DNA of 63,737 nucleotides, filler included, from Dicyema japonicum (Eukaryota; Animalia; Dicyemida), in the NCBI GenBank assembly GCA_011109175.1. It is 7 parts of 7 records of this genome, joined end to end, with 100 filler letters (N's around TTAATTAATTAA, not from the genome) between each part and the next. Parts side by side here need not be neighbours in the genome. Positions count along the whole stretch, not along the records: positions 35,574 to 53,899 come from RDEW01000147.1; positions 54,000 to 63,737 come from RDEW01000085.1; 5 more parts are not named here. One strand, 5' to 3'. A program made the position numbers and the translations under genes. The notes under the pieces are model-generated. The model saw only the letters and a program-made list of their open reading frames with translations, was not told where the DNA came from and did not search any database. Of this stretch, positions 51,394 to 63,737 are shown piece by piece (within the stretch, counting starts at the first letter, position 1; the number at the start of each line of letters is the position of its first letter).

Positions 51394-52352
51394 AAGGTTT
51401 TGACGTAGAAAATCGAAAATCTCAATCTCAAATTTTTAATGCCTCCAGATTTGCCATCAGTGCAGTTGAAAAACCAAAAAATCTGTAGTGATGAACCTCA
51501 ACAATTTAATTTGTTGAAATGATCAGGTGTTTTGCAGGACCCTGATAGAGAAGGTAGACATTGAAGGAACATGATGGATTTTCCTAATTCGTCTCAGTTA
51601 TATTAGTTTCTATTAGACTTTGAATATCCAAATACAAAACACATACTTTATTGTAAAAATAAGATTATAGTAGGAAGACCATTCACAACACTGTCTTTCC
51701 AGGACTATGCCCTAAACAATATCGACCTCATTAACCATATAAATAAAATTGTATGAGATATTTTAAAATCTGATAATTAATGTAATGTTAATATAAAATG
51801 TTATTATTTTACTTTAATAAGTTTGTTTAGTGGTAATTTTGGTTGCACAAAGACAGGTCTACTATTACTTACTTGTAATCCCCAATTAGGTGGGATCCTC
51901 CAATCTTAATCATCATTAAGTCATACCAATTGAGTCTAAATAGTAATATTGGGCTATTGCTTTTGTAAGAAGACATAAGAACTGACTAGAACATACTGAT
52001 GAGTAAAGACCACGTGGATCTTTACTGAATGTACTAACAATCTCAGTTTCAATCCTTTCACACAACTCCTACAATAGCAGATACCCCCACCTTTGATATC
52101 CGACCACCGAATATTCTATTCCGTAGTCTCCGATCCCTTATTCTGGAAATACAGGAAGAGAGGGAGAACTCAGTCCTCTCAGACCGTCTTTCCAGTTTTT
52201 CAATAATATCATTTTGTCTCTCCTCAGGGAGACTTATAAATTCATTCCAAAGCTATAGTAATATCCAGTATTACATGTAATAACTCATCATTGTGCATCA
52301 TTTCTTCAAATGGGGAGGTCACGTGCGTTATCATTTCGTCATTGATTATGTN

Positions 52353-52530
52353 TGACACAATTTTGTGATCACTGTTAACAGTCAGTCCTCCATAAGATCT
52401 CGAGTCCCGTAAGAGAGATTTGTCTTTTACTCGACACAGGGTATAATCGATCTGATTATAAATCCTTATCAGATTTCCGGTGGTCGATAGTCTAGTGCCC
52501 ATCCACGTTGTCTTGTGGCGTGCGGAATGT
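52353..52530 (-). mobile_element. RTE APE fragment nearly identical to about 37882-38060
   Basis: HKTTWMGTRLSTTGNLIRIYNQIDY...SDHKIVS; abuts a single N. Confidence 0.9.
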
Positions 52531-53341
52531 TAGAATTGTTTCCCAAATGTGCTTAATTTTGGCTTTTAGATCATTCATGTTTTGCGGGGGATTTTTATTC
52601 AATTTGTTTTTCATGAATATCCATAGATGTTCGATATGGTTTAAATCAGGCAACGGTGGCGCCCAATCCAATAATTTAACGTTTTTCTCATCTAAGAAAT
52701 TTTTTGTGAGCTTCGATGTATGAGGAGGAACCAAATCCTGTTGGAAAATGAAGTCTTTTAAAGACATTTTTGCTGTAGATTCCCATAGATTATTCGATAA
52801 TATGTTTATATAACATGCGGAGTTCATCTTACCATTCAGAAATACTAAATTTCGTACTCCGTAATAGCTGAAACAACCCCACACCATAAGTTTCCCTCCT
52901 CCAAATTTTACAATTGGAGATAAATGCGATTTTTTCAGCTGTGTGTTATTTTTCCTATAACACAATTCTCTTTTTTTATATTAAAGATTCCAAAGCAGCA
53001 TTCGTCGCTAAAAATAGTCGACTTCCATGACGCTGTAATTACTGCGATAAACGTTTTAGATAGAACAAAACGTTTTTAATATTTTTTCAGACAAATATAG
53101 TTTTTTTGGCACACTCTTGAATAAATTTCTTTATCCTTCAGATAATTGCCGATTGTTCTTTTTGAAACAAATGTTCCTGTTAAAGAATTGAGATCTTTTG
53201 ACAAGTCAGAGGCAGATTTTTTCGGATTTTCCGAAACAAGCGATAATAATGTATTCAATTGTTCTTTATTTAATATTCTAGGTCTTCCAGGTCGTGAGAG
53301 CCTTTGTGTTATGTCATATTTTTTGTATTTGCGTATTAATT
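52531..53341 (-). mobile_element. Tc1 (DD34E) transposase remnant
   Basis: GRPR, IFSDE, VKFGGGKLMVWGCF, FQQD..P.H, W.P..PDLN.IEHLW. Confidence 0.92.
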
Positions 53342-53342
53342 N

Positions 53343-53899
53343 ATCGAAATCTCCATCTAAAAAATGGACATCCTGGTCGAGAAAAACTGCTTTTTCTTTT
53401 TAAAGATACTGTTTATGGATCTTGTAGAAGTGAATTTATGTCTGTTCTCAAATCATGCTGCCAATGTCAAGCGAGAAAGCTCATGAACACCAGGCCGGCA
53501 ATTAAGCCCATAAGAGCCTATAGCGTGAGAGAAAGATATCACTATTTAGTCTTATATTAGATATATTTTTGATCTAATTGATTTGCGTCATTATGCCTAT
53601 GAGAACGGAAATCACGCGTGGCTTTTGGTTGGCCTTGATTCATTCTCGAAGTTTTGTTGGACGTCACCATTATTATCAAAATCGCCTATGGAGGTGTCCA
53701 GCGCAATAAATAAAATAATATTAATGTTTGGAAAACCGTTAATTTTTCACAGGGACAATGGGAAGGAATTCGTCAACGAAAAAATTTCCCGATTATGTGA
53801 GAAGTACAAGATAAAGCACACGAGGGGTCGTGCAAGGTGCCCTTGTGTGCAGGGGCAGATAAAAAGACTAAACAAATCCTTGAAATATATATTGTCCTC
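53343..53899 (+). mobile_element. Ginger2/Tdd-like integrase fragment
   Basis: H..GHPGREK, CCQCQ, DLIDLRHY, DSFSKF, HRDNGKEF, VQGQIKRLN. Confidence 0.88.
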
Positions 53900-53999
53900 N
53901 NNNNNNNNNNNNNNNNNNNNNNNNNNNNNNNNNNNNNNNNNNNTTAATTAATTAANNNNNNNNNNNNNNNNNNNNNNNNNNNNNNNNNNNNNNNNNNNN

Positions 54000-54198
54000 C
54001 AGATGACCTCTAGTTCGGATCTCACTGGAGCGTTGGAATTGTGGAGAACACCGAACCTGACCAAAGTCTCCGGAGACCCTTATGAAACTAGGCTACAGAA
54101 TGTGGGCCCGTAAAATCAGTCAGTCGTCCTGTAAGATCATGCGCGGGCACGAGGAAGGAACATCAGACAAAGATGATGTCAATGTTGGATCGCAACCA
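54000..54198 (+). mobile_element. GIT-family LINE fragment
   Basis: SRPVRSCAGTRKEHQTKM matches SRPVRSCAGTKEERRAKM near 22230. Confidence 0.7.
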
Positions 54199-54385
54199 AT
54201 GACCTTGGCATTTGAAGGTAGCCTCTATACGGAAGGCCACTACTTCCCCCTCTCAATGTGAGTTTGTTTTCAAGTGGAGTGTGATAATGTCTCTGATGCT
54301 TCAACAATAATGTATCTTTCCAATTTACTTTTATTATATTTATTCAGATTTTTCAAAAATCGAAAAGTCGCTAAAACTTAATTAG

Positions 54386-54660
54386 ACCGTGTGACGCAGT
54401 GTAACGGTTAACGGGTTAGAGGCCTGAAGTTCGCTAGTTCGAATCCCGATACTGTACATTTCGGTTGAGTTTCCACGCATCAATATGCTTTGACTTGACG
54501 AGTGACGCCGTCATCAGTAAACACTCCACTGTGGAACCGGATCGTCTATAAAGGACACACCCAAAAAAACGAGAACAAAGAAGTGAAGAGCATTCCTTAG
54601 TTCTCCCTCATCGATTAGATATGATAACTGTTTTTTATTTAAATAAAGTATTTGTTCTGC
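54386..54660 (+). mobile_element. Diverged copy of the tRNA-derived SINE
   Basis: AGTTCGAATCC B box; ttccacgcat, tgacgccgtcatcagt, aaaggacac and aaataaagt shared with 42627-42953. Confidence 0.8.
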
Positions 54661-56084
54661 ACACAATCGAAACCTTTAACTGTGTTTACTGGTAACGCAA
54701 ATGTACTTAAAAAACATGGGGAGCTGTTATTGAACTCATAGAAAAATGTGGGCTAAAAACTAGGATTAGACCTAACATCAAGGAAAACAAAACCATCTCA
54801 GCCGGTTTGAAGTCATTTCTGACTAAGTTGTGCTTTTGTCAAGGAGATATCCCTCACGTTGATAGTTTGCAAAAAAAAACTAGTTCCAATTGAATTCTTC
54901 AAATTATATTTGAGTGACAATCTGCAATCTTTTGTTTACTTAACATTGGATAATAACTGACTCACTCTTAGCTTACCTCAAATCAATCGAGAAAGACTTG
55001 TCGTTATAAGCCAAATTAGGTGTCTGGGCGATAATCCTTAATGATATTTTGAAGTTCAGGAGATTAGTTGCCATTAAAGAATCTAAGTCATTGAAGAAAC
55101 TTAGTAGTATTAAACGCTATTTTTTTGCTTTTTTGATTTTTTTAAATTTTTTTCATATTGTTAGAAATATTGTATAGTAGTGAAATCTTTAGGTCCACTG
55201 GTTTGTTGGGAAGTTAAAAAATCCGTGGAATTTTGATCACTTGCATATTTCGTCTTAATATTTTTGAGATTTCTTGTGTGACAGGGCCTGTCACCGGAGA
55301 TGTTCTCCAGGAGATAGGAAGTGCAATCTCGTCCAGACTGGAGGATCCTATAGGCGGCATTGGTTCCGCGAACATCTTAGAATTGCCACTGTTTCCTGGC
55401 AGCTGGTGCCTGATTTGTTTCTATCTTAGAAGCTAGTGTGTTTTGGGACATCATAACTTCTCGATGTGTCTCTTGCCTTGGAGGAAGAAATTGTTTTCCG
55501 ATGGAGTAGAGTGAACGGTTCACCTTCTATATTATTAGCAACATTTATATAATAATATTAACTATCATCCTTACGTGCAACATCTGACAAAATCCTCCGA
55601 GTTCTTTCAATTTGGGATTGAATGAACTCTGATTATTCGTACATCCTAGACTTCCATTGTCCAGTACTTTGCTTTCGTATGCCTCATGAGTCCATCATCT
55701 CTCCCATTCATATGAGAAGCAGCGATAAAAGTGCTTTTATTAGCCCTAATGATAAGTAGAAATTTTGTAAACTTTTTTATTGATAACCATTAGGTCAACT
55801 GGCCTTATGTATATTGTTTGTAAATTTATGAAATTGAATTATGTAATAAACTACGTAATATTCAAGTAATAATTAATATATAAGCAAAGTAAGTACAAAA
55901 AGATCCGAAAATAAGAATCTCATCATATTTTACATTTAAATGAATTTCTTTTCCCTCCAATGCTTGACTACGCCGCAATAAAAATAATGGCTCCGGCTTC
56001 ATCTGTCTGTGTGGCCAAGAAACAAGTCGTTTCTTCCATTCAAGGCTAAAGGCTTCAAATACACGAAATTTGGGGAAAAACTCC

Positions 56085-56268
56085 ACTCCTCTTCAAACCC
56101 TAATGAGAGATGATCGTCGTCTATTCAGGAAAGCCGTGGGTACTCTGGAGGAACACAGGAAAAATTTCTCGATCCTGTTGAGGCGTACCGGGATCACTTA
56201 ATTTTACTCCTTCTTTCTTGGTGTTCCCTTTTCGGGGTTATTAAATAATAAATAAATAAATAATAAAT
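56085..56268 (+). mobile_element. GIT-family LINE 3' end
   Basis: FRKAVGTLEEHRKNFSILLRRTGIT*, (TAAA)n tail. Confidence 0.75.
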
Positions 56269-56941
56269 GAAATTTGGTAATCAAATACTTCGAATTCGTA
56301 AAATATAAAAAAATAAAAAATGACACAAAGTAACATTTAAACATTTTTTGAAAATAGACAATATTTATGTATTAATTTTTTCAAATAAATCATTTCGATT
56401 TGATTTCATATCTAAAAATAGTGAAGATTGGTTTCAAAACATGAAAACGTAACTAAAATTTGGTTATATTTCTACGTTGTAACATTCTGAGTATTGCAAA
56501 ATTGAAATATTATTATTCAAATAAAGACAGGCAACTTAGAACCCTAAGAGTAGGAACACCACACTGACGTTGGCGCCAAGTGACATTTTCAAGTAGCATA
56601 TCAATTAAAGATTGAGAGATATTGAAGGGACAACATTAAATAATTTTTTAATTGAAATGAGCAAATATTGAATTTTCTCTACCATCCTTTATTTTCAAGT
56701 AAAATTTCAAAGAACCTCGTCTTTCCCTATAAATGAATGTACTTGAACCACCAAACCACATTATAGGTCTCTTTGAAATGTTAATTTGAATGATTGCTGA
56801 GACTTTTTATTAATCAAATAAAACTTTTCAAAAATCAAAAAATTGTTAAAACATAATTACATAATATAAATCAATAAAACAAAAAAAAAACTAACAATTA
56901 ACGAAAAAAGTCTGTAGTTACTTTTTTTTGTTTGGGAAATT

Positions 56942-57925
56942 CTTCTGTGTAGATGAATTTGCATTTATCTACATTCGACAATGATTGTGCCGCAGTAAAT
57001 AATCACACAACCTTGTTTTGTAGTTCCTTGGCTCTTTTTTAATAGATTCTGTTGAGTTCTCATTTTTTACTGGCTTATTATTAATTTTTTTCGACTTTGC
57101 TGTCGTGTAGTTGATCATTACTTCCAAAATTATCGGCTAAATTATTAAAGGGAATAGAAAACCGTATAATCAACGGCAAACTAAAATCTATCTTGTTTAT
57201 CAATCTAACAATAAATCCTGATAATTAGAAAATCATCTCGTTTTATTAACCCACGTTCTAATTCTCTCTGAAGTAATGGATATTAGATGATTGGTTTGGG
57301 ATGGTTACGTATCTCCATGAATGAAATATCTACTTCCCTTCATGATTGATGAAGACTCCATTCTTCCAGTTAAATCGACAAGGTGACGGATTCAGAAACA
57401 TTGGAAACCTGAGTTCAGCATAGAAGTGTCTGATGCTTTAACTATTCAGGTTCAAGAATCATCTGTCTGAAGCAGCAAGAATAGTTTATGTGATTCATTA
57501 TGTCCCTATAATGGTAGTTTACTAAATTATGTACTCTTAAGGACAATGACCATGGAATTGAATCCATGATCGTTACTATGATACTTAAGCGAGCCATGTT
57601 TATAGGAAATAACTCCAGTTAGCCACGAGATTCCTTCGCTTTAATGGACCGGGGGTAAATAGAGAATTAACTGTAACTTTGAGAGGTCGTAGTAAAAAAA
57701 GTTGATTATGACTAGTTTGGCAGATTGGAGTAAATTAGTGATGATATTATTGAATCCACAACTTTTTAGAGATTCCCAAAATGTATGAAGCGGATTCATG
57801 AGAACATACACCACCAGAATTGAACCATGTCGATATCAGTTAGTTCTTACAGGTGGGAAATCTACTTCCTCCAAACTTCCATCCGAAATTTCCGAGAGCT
57901 TAGGGTATGAAAAATGTCAAGTCTC
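56942..57925 (-). mobile_element. Heavily decayed Penelope-like RT followed by a CCCH zinc finger
   Basis: PKL..FPPVR, VNSLFT..P, FR.DD remnant, NHPKPII; then NYKTRLCDYLLRHNHC / NVDKCKFIY. Confidence 0.45.
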
Positions 57926-58039
57926 CCAGAGCCACAGCTGTGGAAACCTGTTAAAATTTGTGAAGCTATGATGTTTGATGCCGCCCTGGCGAGCACATTA
58001 TTTTGAACATTTATGTGCAGAAAACAACGTCACAGCCTC

Positions 58040-58590
58040 AATCAAAGCAGTGAAAATTGCTGAGTCGCTACGTATTGATCTTAGGAGTGTGCGGAACGAA
58101 AATGTCGTTGTGGCCGTTTGATCGATCTATGTGGCTACCATCCACTGTCGTGCAGGTTGACGTGGGCCGTTTCCCAATGCATGCGTTTATGAACTTGACG
58201 TTGAATAACGCACTTTCTTCTGTTGACCATCAATGCATTTTAGAGCGACTGGTATCACCAACACCCGGACGGGATGAGAACATTCCCTTTTGCTAATGGG
58301 TGGATTTAGGTCGCTATGTGTTGATACATACTGTCCGAAAAATTTTGCAGCTTTATTATCGGGCCCAGGTTATGCTCTAAACAAGTCGAGGATCAGAAGA
58401 GAAGGAAGTAACATTAAGGAAGATCATTTGTTTGTCCATTTTCTGTTGAGACGTCATAAATTTTTGACCCACGAGCGGACGATCTAATCCAAGGAATCGG
58501 CTCTATGATTCAAAGGGTCATCGAGGATCCACGTGAGACTGGATGTCTTAGAGAGGGTATCGATATCGCAGAGGAAACAGTTTGACCTTT
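58040..58590 (+). mobile_element. CRE-like remnant, internally deleted
   Basis: LGVCGT, LNNALSSVDHQCILERL, RETGCLRERVSI.QR. Confidence 0.45.
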
Positions 58591-58689
58591 CAAGTTGTTA
58601 ACTTTTAACTTTTTTTAGATTTGTTTAATTAAATAAATAAAAATTCAATCATTCACATTTTAAGGTCGCCATTATGGCCTGAGGGATTG

Positions 58690-58975
58690 AGAAAGCAATA
58701 GGAATTATCACTCATGAGTCCAATGTGCTGGAAGAGACAGTTTTATTATAAGTTCTCCCGTCCTCAGTTTTGCAAGCAGCCCGATAAACTTTGTTGTTCT
58801 TGTGCCGAGCCTGCCAGACGTCTAAACGCAGATCAGCTGGAAGTCGAACCGATTTCCAATGCTACAGTACTTCCTCCTTTTTAAATCTTCAGCAGTACTT
58901 GCTGCAGAGCCCGCGCACACCGATGACTTGAGAAGATTTGAGTTGAGACGGTGTTGAATACCAAGAAAGACACAT
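58690..58975 (-). mobile_element. CRE RLE-domain remnant
   Basis: AGSAASTAEDLKRRKY...FDFQLICV*TSG..G. Confidence 0.75.
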
Positions 58976-59152
58976 CCTTCACATTTTTATATTAAAAAAA
59001 TCATTCCCTATAATTAATTGAATGAAAAAACCCAAACCGTATGCCTATTTTCTCTCAAATTTACAGCACTGTAACCTGAAACTTAACAAACGATTATTAC
59101 TATACAAACAAGTGATAAAAAGTCATTCAAAAGTCAAATTTATCACGTTTAT

Positions 59153-59591
59153 TATTATTACCCCCAGGATCACTGGGTCAAAGAGAAAGAAATGAACGTT
59201 CTCACCTAACTACGTTATCCTATACTGACAAAAGATAGACGAGTCCGGCGAGGTCATGAATTCTGTACAGCTCTTTTCATTGGATCTGCCATCGGCTCAA
59301 ACTTTCTGTATGATTGTAGATATTTTGATAGTGTCTGGAATAGAGGACAGCTCGGTAAACTAGCCGCCTTTAAGAGTTTCTGTTGTAATTCGATTAAGAA
59401 TTTTTCAATGGGCTGGATTTTGTGTCCTGGTCCAATTAACCTTATTGCAGTCTCCCCGATTGCAAATAGTTTCAGTGAGGAGGATCGTGAAATCAGCATT
59501 GCCCACGAAAGACTTAAATACGTCATCGTGGGTCGGATAAATTTTTCAGAAATCGTGGCAGGGTTGGTCTCTAAGTGTTTTCGAGAGCCCT
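59153..59591 (-). mobile_element. 5'-truncated Jockey-like LINE flanked by a 33-bp direct repeat
   Basis: KFIRPTMTYLSLSWA...KL..I...AIRLI; TAA tail; repeats at 59120-59152 and 59592-59624. Confidence 0.65.
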
Positions 59592-61849
59592 AAGTCATTC
59601 AAAAGTCCAATTTGTCACGTTTATCAAGACTATCAACATTGAAAATTCCGTTTTTTTCAAAAATAACTTAACAAGTGTGCTGAGTGAAAAACCAGGTTAC
59701 CATATTAAAGGAATTTGCCATATGGTTGAGTCATCTCGTGTATCTGCTTCAACGTTATCTCTTTCAAACGACTTCTGTCTTAAGGCTCGATAGGAAGAAG
59801 GATGGAATTCAAGACAGGTCACTGGATGTCATAATGATTTTTCTATTCTTAAGCGAGTGGTGGTAAACAAATTAAAACAGTGAAATAAAAAATCCCAAAC
59901 ACCACAGTAACACCAAACTAACAACGCGGGTGTCCCACTCCCTTGAAGTTTGTGTCAGCATAAATAGTTAATTAGTTAAATGCACTCCCACGTTGCCCAT
60001 AAATATATGAATACTTGGAGTTCAGATACACCGAGAAAGAAGTTAAAGTAAGCAACGTGTTAAGTGTATCCAGTTTCTACTTCTACAGAAACAGAGTCCA
60101 CCCGGAATCAGCATAAAAGGAAAAAGACGTCCATTAATTCAGTTGTGGAAACCCCTCCAGTCGTTGAAAGTTGTGGAAACCCTTTTGACGGGTAAATCAC
60201 ATCAATAGGAAGAGAAGGTGTAGGAAAAGACAAAAAAGCTGAAAACTTCAACCAATTAGCCACGTAGCTCCACATTCCTTGACGCGGACGTTGAATCGGT
60301 AAGGAGATAAACACTATTAGAGAGGTGTCAACCACTCAACCAACAAAAATTATTATAAGATTTTAAGAAAGACAAATTTTGACTAATTTAAATTAATTTA
60401 ATACTTAGTTTTTTTTAATTGTTTTAAAAAATGGCGAACCTATATATACATTAACATATTATTTGGCGTGCGTTTTCAACATTCTTGTGGGTGGGTGTTT
60501 GAGTTTATTTTATAGTATTTTTTCTGTTGTATTGTCATAAATTATATTATTGGATTCATCAAATAGTGTTGAAGGCTGTTATCAAAATGTTTAATGTATA
60601 TTTTGTATTTTGTTAACCTATAAATATAGATTATTTTTCACTACTTGATTTGTCCCTATTTATATTCTCTTGGCTATATTTCTTTTCCAGTTTATTTGTA
60701 TCCCAAATTTTTATGTCTTCTACATCATTTCAATATTATTTTTGAAGAAAAATAATCATACATTTGATCAGTCATCTCTGATGACCTGTCTTGATCTTCC
60801 AATTCTTTTTATGGGCAATTTTCACATAATACTTCATAATGGAATTCAGATCCTTCTGCCTGTATTCGGATTCGTCGGTTGCCGAATGATTTTCCATACT
60901 TGGGCGGTTGTCTGATTTCGGTTCAAAGCTGTGAGAACTCGTGAGGATTTTGCTTTTTGTACCTTGAGTTCTTTGACCCTTATGATGATCCATGGCTGCA
61001 TTCAGTGTAGTAAGCACATCTGTTTTGACCAGCCTGAAGAGGATTTCTGGAGCACTCGGATCCCGTGGAATAATGCGAATAATTTTGATTTGAATCTTTA
61101 ACTCCTCCATATATGGAAAATTTCTTCGAGAACTATCAGATGAGTCTTCTTTGTAGGAAACTTCCCAATTTCAACATTATTCTTTTTATGAATCCATTTC
61201 TTAAGTAAATTCTTGACATTTGAAACGTTCTTGATGTTGAAAACCTCTCATTATAGTGGCTACACTCAATTACCAACCACCACGAGGAATTTTCCAGAAT
61301 TTTGCTTTGGAACAACAATCAACCACATCAGACATATATATTTGTTTATTGCTCGTAGAACTGGAAGTTTTTGTATTATTTTGTTGAAGAAGAATACTCG
61401 AAGCATCATCTTCAGAAACATGTTTGACAACTTGACAGCCGTTCGACTTTTTATTTTTCTATTCAGCACAGAAGTCCACACAATCTGATAAATTTAGACA
61501 TTTCTCAGCAACTTTGAATTACATTTTTTAATTATGATTTTCAATTTAAACATTGAGTAATACTCGGTTCAACCAACAAGACAATTTTTGTGGATGATTT
61601 TTTTATTTAATACTTCCCCGTTTCTTCATCGTATGCAAGTGACTGAACTGAGTTATTTGCTTACTACTTTTGGAAAAGGAACTGAACATAGCTTGGTCGT
61701 ATAGATGGATTATGAAAAATAGCTCGAAATTGTATATGATGTATATCAAGTCCACACAATCTCATGAATTTAGACATTTCTCAGCAACAACAGCCATTAA
61801 CCAGTAATCCTAATATTTCAAATTAATTTTATATTTGTTTTATTTACGA

Positions 61850-62994
61850 GCTAAAACATCAAGCGTTTTTTCCTTTTCTTCCTTTGACTGCTTCTTAATA
61901 AATAAAAAGTACAAGCAAGGTAACTCTCTTCCCGTATTTATTACTAGTTATCGGATTTACCTTACTGGGAGACGCCCAATACTTCGGAGGCATATGTCAA
62001 TCCAATTATTAGATTTAGATTGAAATAGAGTTTTTGCTAACCAACGCTTTAGCATTTGATTATAGCGTTCCACCTGCCCTTGTGATTGAGGGTGTCTTGG
62101 TCTACTAGAATCGCCGTAATCCCTTAATCACAATATAATGCTGAAACTTCAGAGTTACAAAACTCTTTTCCATTGTCCGTGTGTAATGTTTCAGGTGGCC
62201 CAACTGATAAAAACATGTCTTCAAAAGAATTTCTTATATTTTGAAAAGTTTTACTAATTAAAAGAAATGACCAAGCGAATTTTGATTAAAAATCAATAAC
62301 ATTAAGAATCCATATTTTTTATTATAGGAAGAATATCTACTAAGATCTATACAATCAGCAATGAATTTTTCAAATTTATGTGAAACGGTAATCATTTGAA
62401 TATCTTCACAAGTCATTAGACTGCTGAAATGGTTGCAGGAATTACAAGCTGATATAAAATTGCGAATAACTTTTTGATTGATACCAATGTAATTTTCGCA
62501 AAATAATTTGCACATCTTGGAAAAACCAGGATTACCAATAGAATGTTCCTAAACTAAAATTGAGTTAATTCTAGCTTCTTGAAAGGATCTAATAACGGTA
62601 CGAAGATTTCCATTAAATGCAAAAAAATAATTCTCCATTCAACAGTTTAAAATTCTGACATCTGCCTAATGTCCGCTTTTGATTTTATTTAAATCCATCA
62701 TGATACTGTTTATATTCGAAATAATTTAAAACTTTCTTTAATTCATCAGGTGTATAATGCTGAATGTAGAAGGCACAACAAAATAAAAATGAAGCGTGCA
62801 ATTTTATATTTTTAAAAAGAAATTAAAAATATTTATAAAATATTATATGACATTCAAATAATCCTTTTCACGCTTAATTGCTTTATTGACTCAAAATAAA
62901 ATTTTTTGTATTTACTCTGGTGATTTACTCAAACTGATAGAAATTGTCATGAAAAACACGGATAAGGTTATGACCGTGGGGGAACTTGTTTACA
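61850..62994 (-). mobile_element. Ginger2/Tdd-like transposon remnant with a candidate TGT terminus
   Basis: CNSCN, IADCIDLSRY, SKFAW, LHTDNGKEF, RPRHPQSQGQVERYNQ; minus strand begins TGTAAACAAG at 62994. Confidence 0.85.
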
Positions 62995-63737
62995 GTCACT
63001 CTTAATTTAACATTATCTGAGAACTAATTTTTGCACTATCGAAGATCAGCTATTGTTCGATTCCCCTTATTTCTTAATAGCATTTAAGACAACTCGCCGC
63101 CTTTGTAGATCTCAACTTACCTCTCCTTTCACATTTAAGGACACCCATGACAATTTGATTAACACTTTGAAGAAGCAAAGGGACATTTTGTAGAAAAGAG
63201 GATTGGTCTAGTGATCAAATATACTCTTTCTGTGTACTCATTTGACGGAAACCGTGATATCCGCAGGATATACAAAATTTTTTGTTGCACATTGAGATAA
63301 CCGATGGTAATTCACTTTCTTTTACTTTCAGTTCCTTGAAAACTTTAGAAAACCTCAAAAGGGTTGAATGGCTACCTGTTGATAGAATAATGGTAGAGAC
63401 AGGTCGTGATACCTATTTTAGGATTCTCTGTGCTTCTTAGTGAAACGTATCTGGGAAGCAGATAAGTATATAAAAACGAGATGGCCAACTTTGAAAATCC
63501 ATAAGTGGACAGTAGGATGGCTAATTCAAGGACGGAATGGGCTTTCCTGCATAGTGTAGTTCGGATTTGTATGATTTAAAGCCAAGTCACGGAAATTATA
63601 GCTGCTCTTAAGGGAATGGACCTCAGTGGCTGAAGTGATTATATATTAATACTTATTCAATTTTTTTTTGGGGAATGATAGACTCGATTAAAATGTGAAA
63701 ATAAAAATGTTTCTGTACAATAAAGTGGTAATTATGT

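Noticed and set aside
60650-61790. Possible MULE transposase or SWIM finger (CCSKAKFWKIP)
   Set aside because: Too degraded; no DDE motifs recognisable
1-63737. CRISPR arrays, rRNA, prokaryotic operons or defence systems
   Set aside because: No repeat-spacer periodicity, rRNA signatures or bacterial gene organisation; spliceosomal introns throughout

Overview
AT-rich, transposon-saturated eukaryotic DNA, not prokaryotic. The window is a pseudomolecule: six 100-nt linkers (N44-TTAATTAATTAA-N44), one 126-N gap and several single Ns separate contigs, so adjacency across them may be artificial. Host genes carry very small GT-AG introns (22-30 nt). With an animal-type NDUFA10, this suggests a reduced animal parasite (dicyemid-like; myxozoan or orthonectid not excluded; inference only). 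Host genes recognised: CPSF1 (3' part), an intact NDUFA10, a decayed unprocessed POLE pseudogene, a ZYG11/ZER1-family Cullin-2 receptor plus a paralogous fragment, and two divergent proteasome beta5-like genes with no propeptide and no catalytic Thr1. The ZYG11-like and beta5-like genes alternate on one contig, which is the best candidate here for an undescribed system. The rest is mostly TE debris: RTE LINEs (one near-intact), CRE, R4/Dong-like, Ingi/Jockey-like LINEs sharing a 'GIT-stop' end, Penelope-like remnants, a tRNA-derived SINE family, hAT, Tc1 and Ginger2/Tdd. All calls are by eye from remembered motifs; no searches were run and remnant boundaries are approximate.
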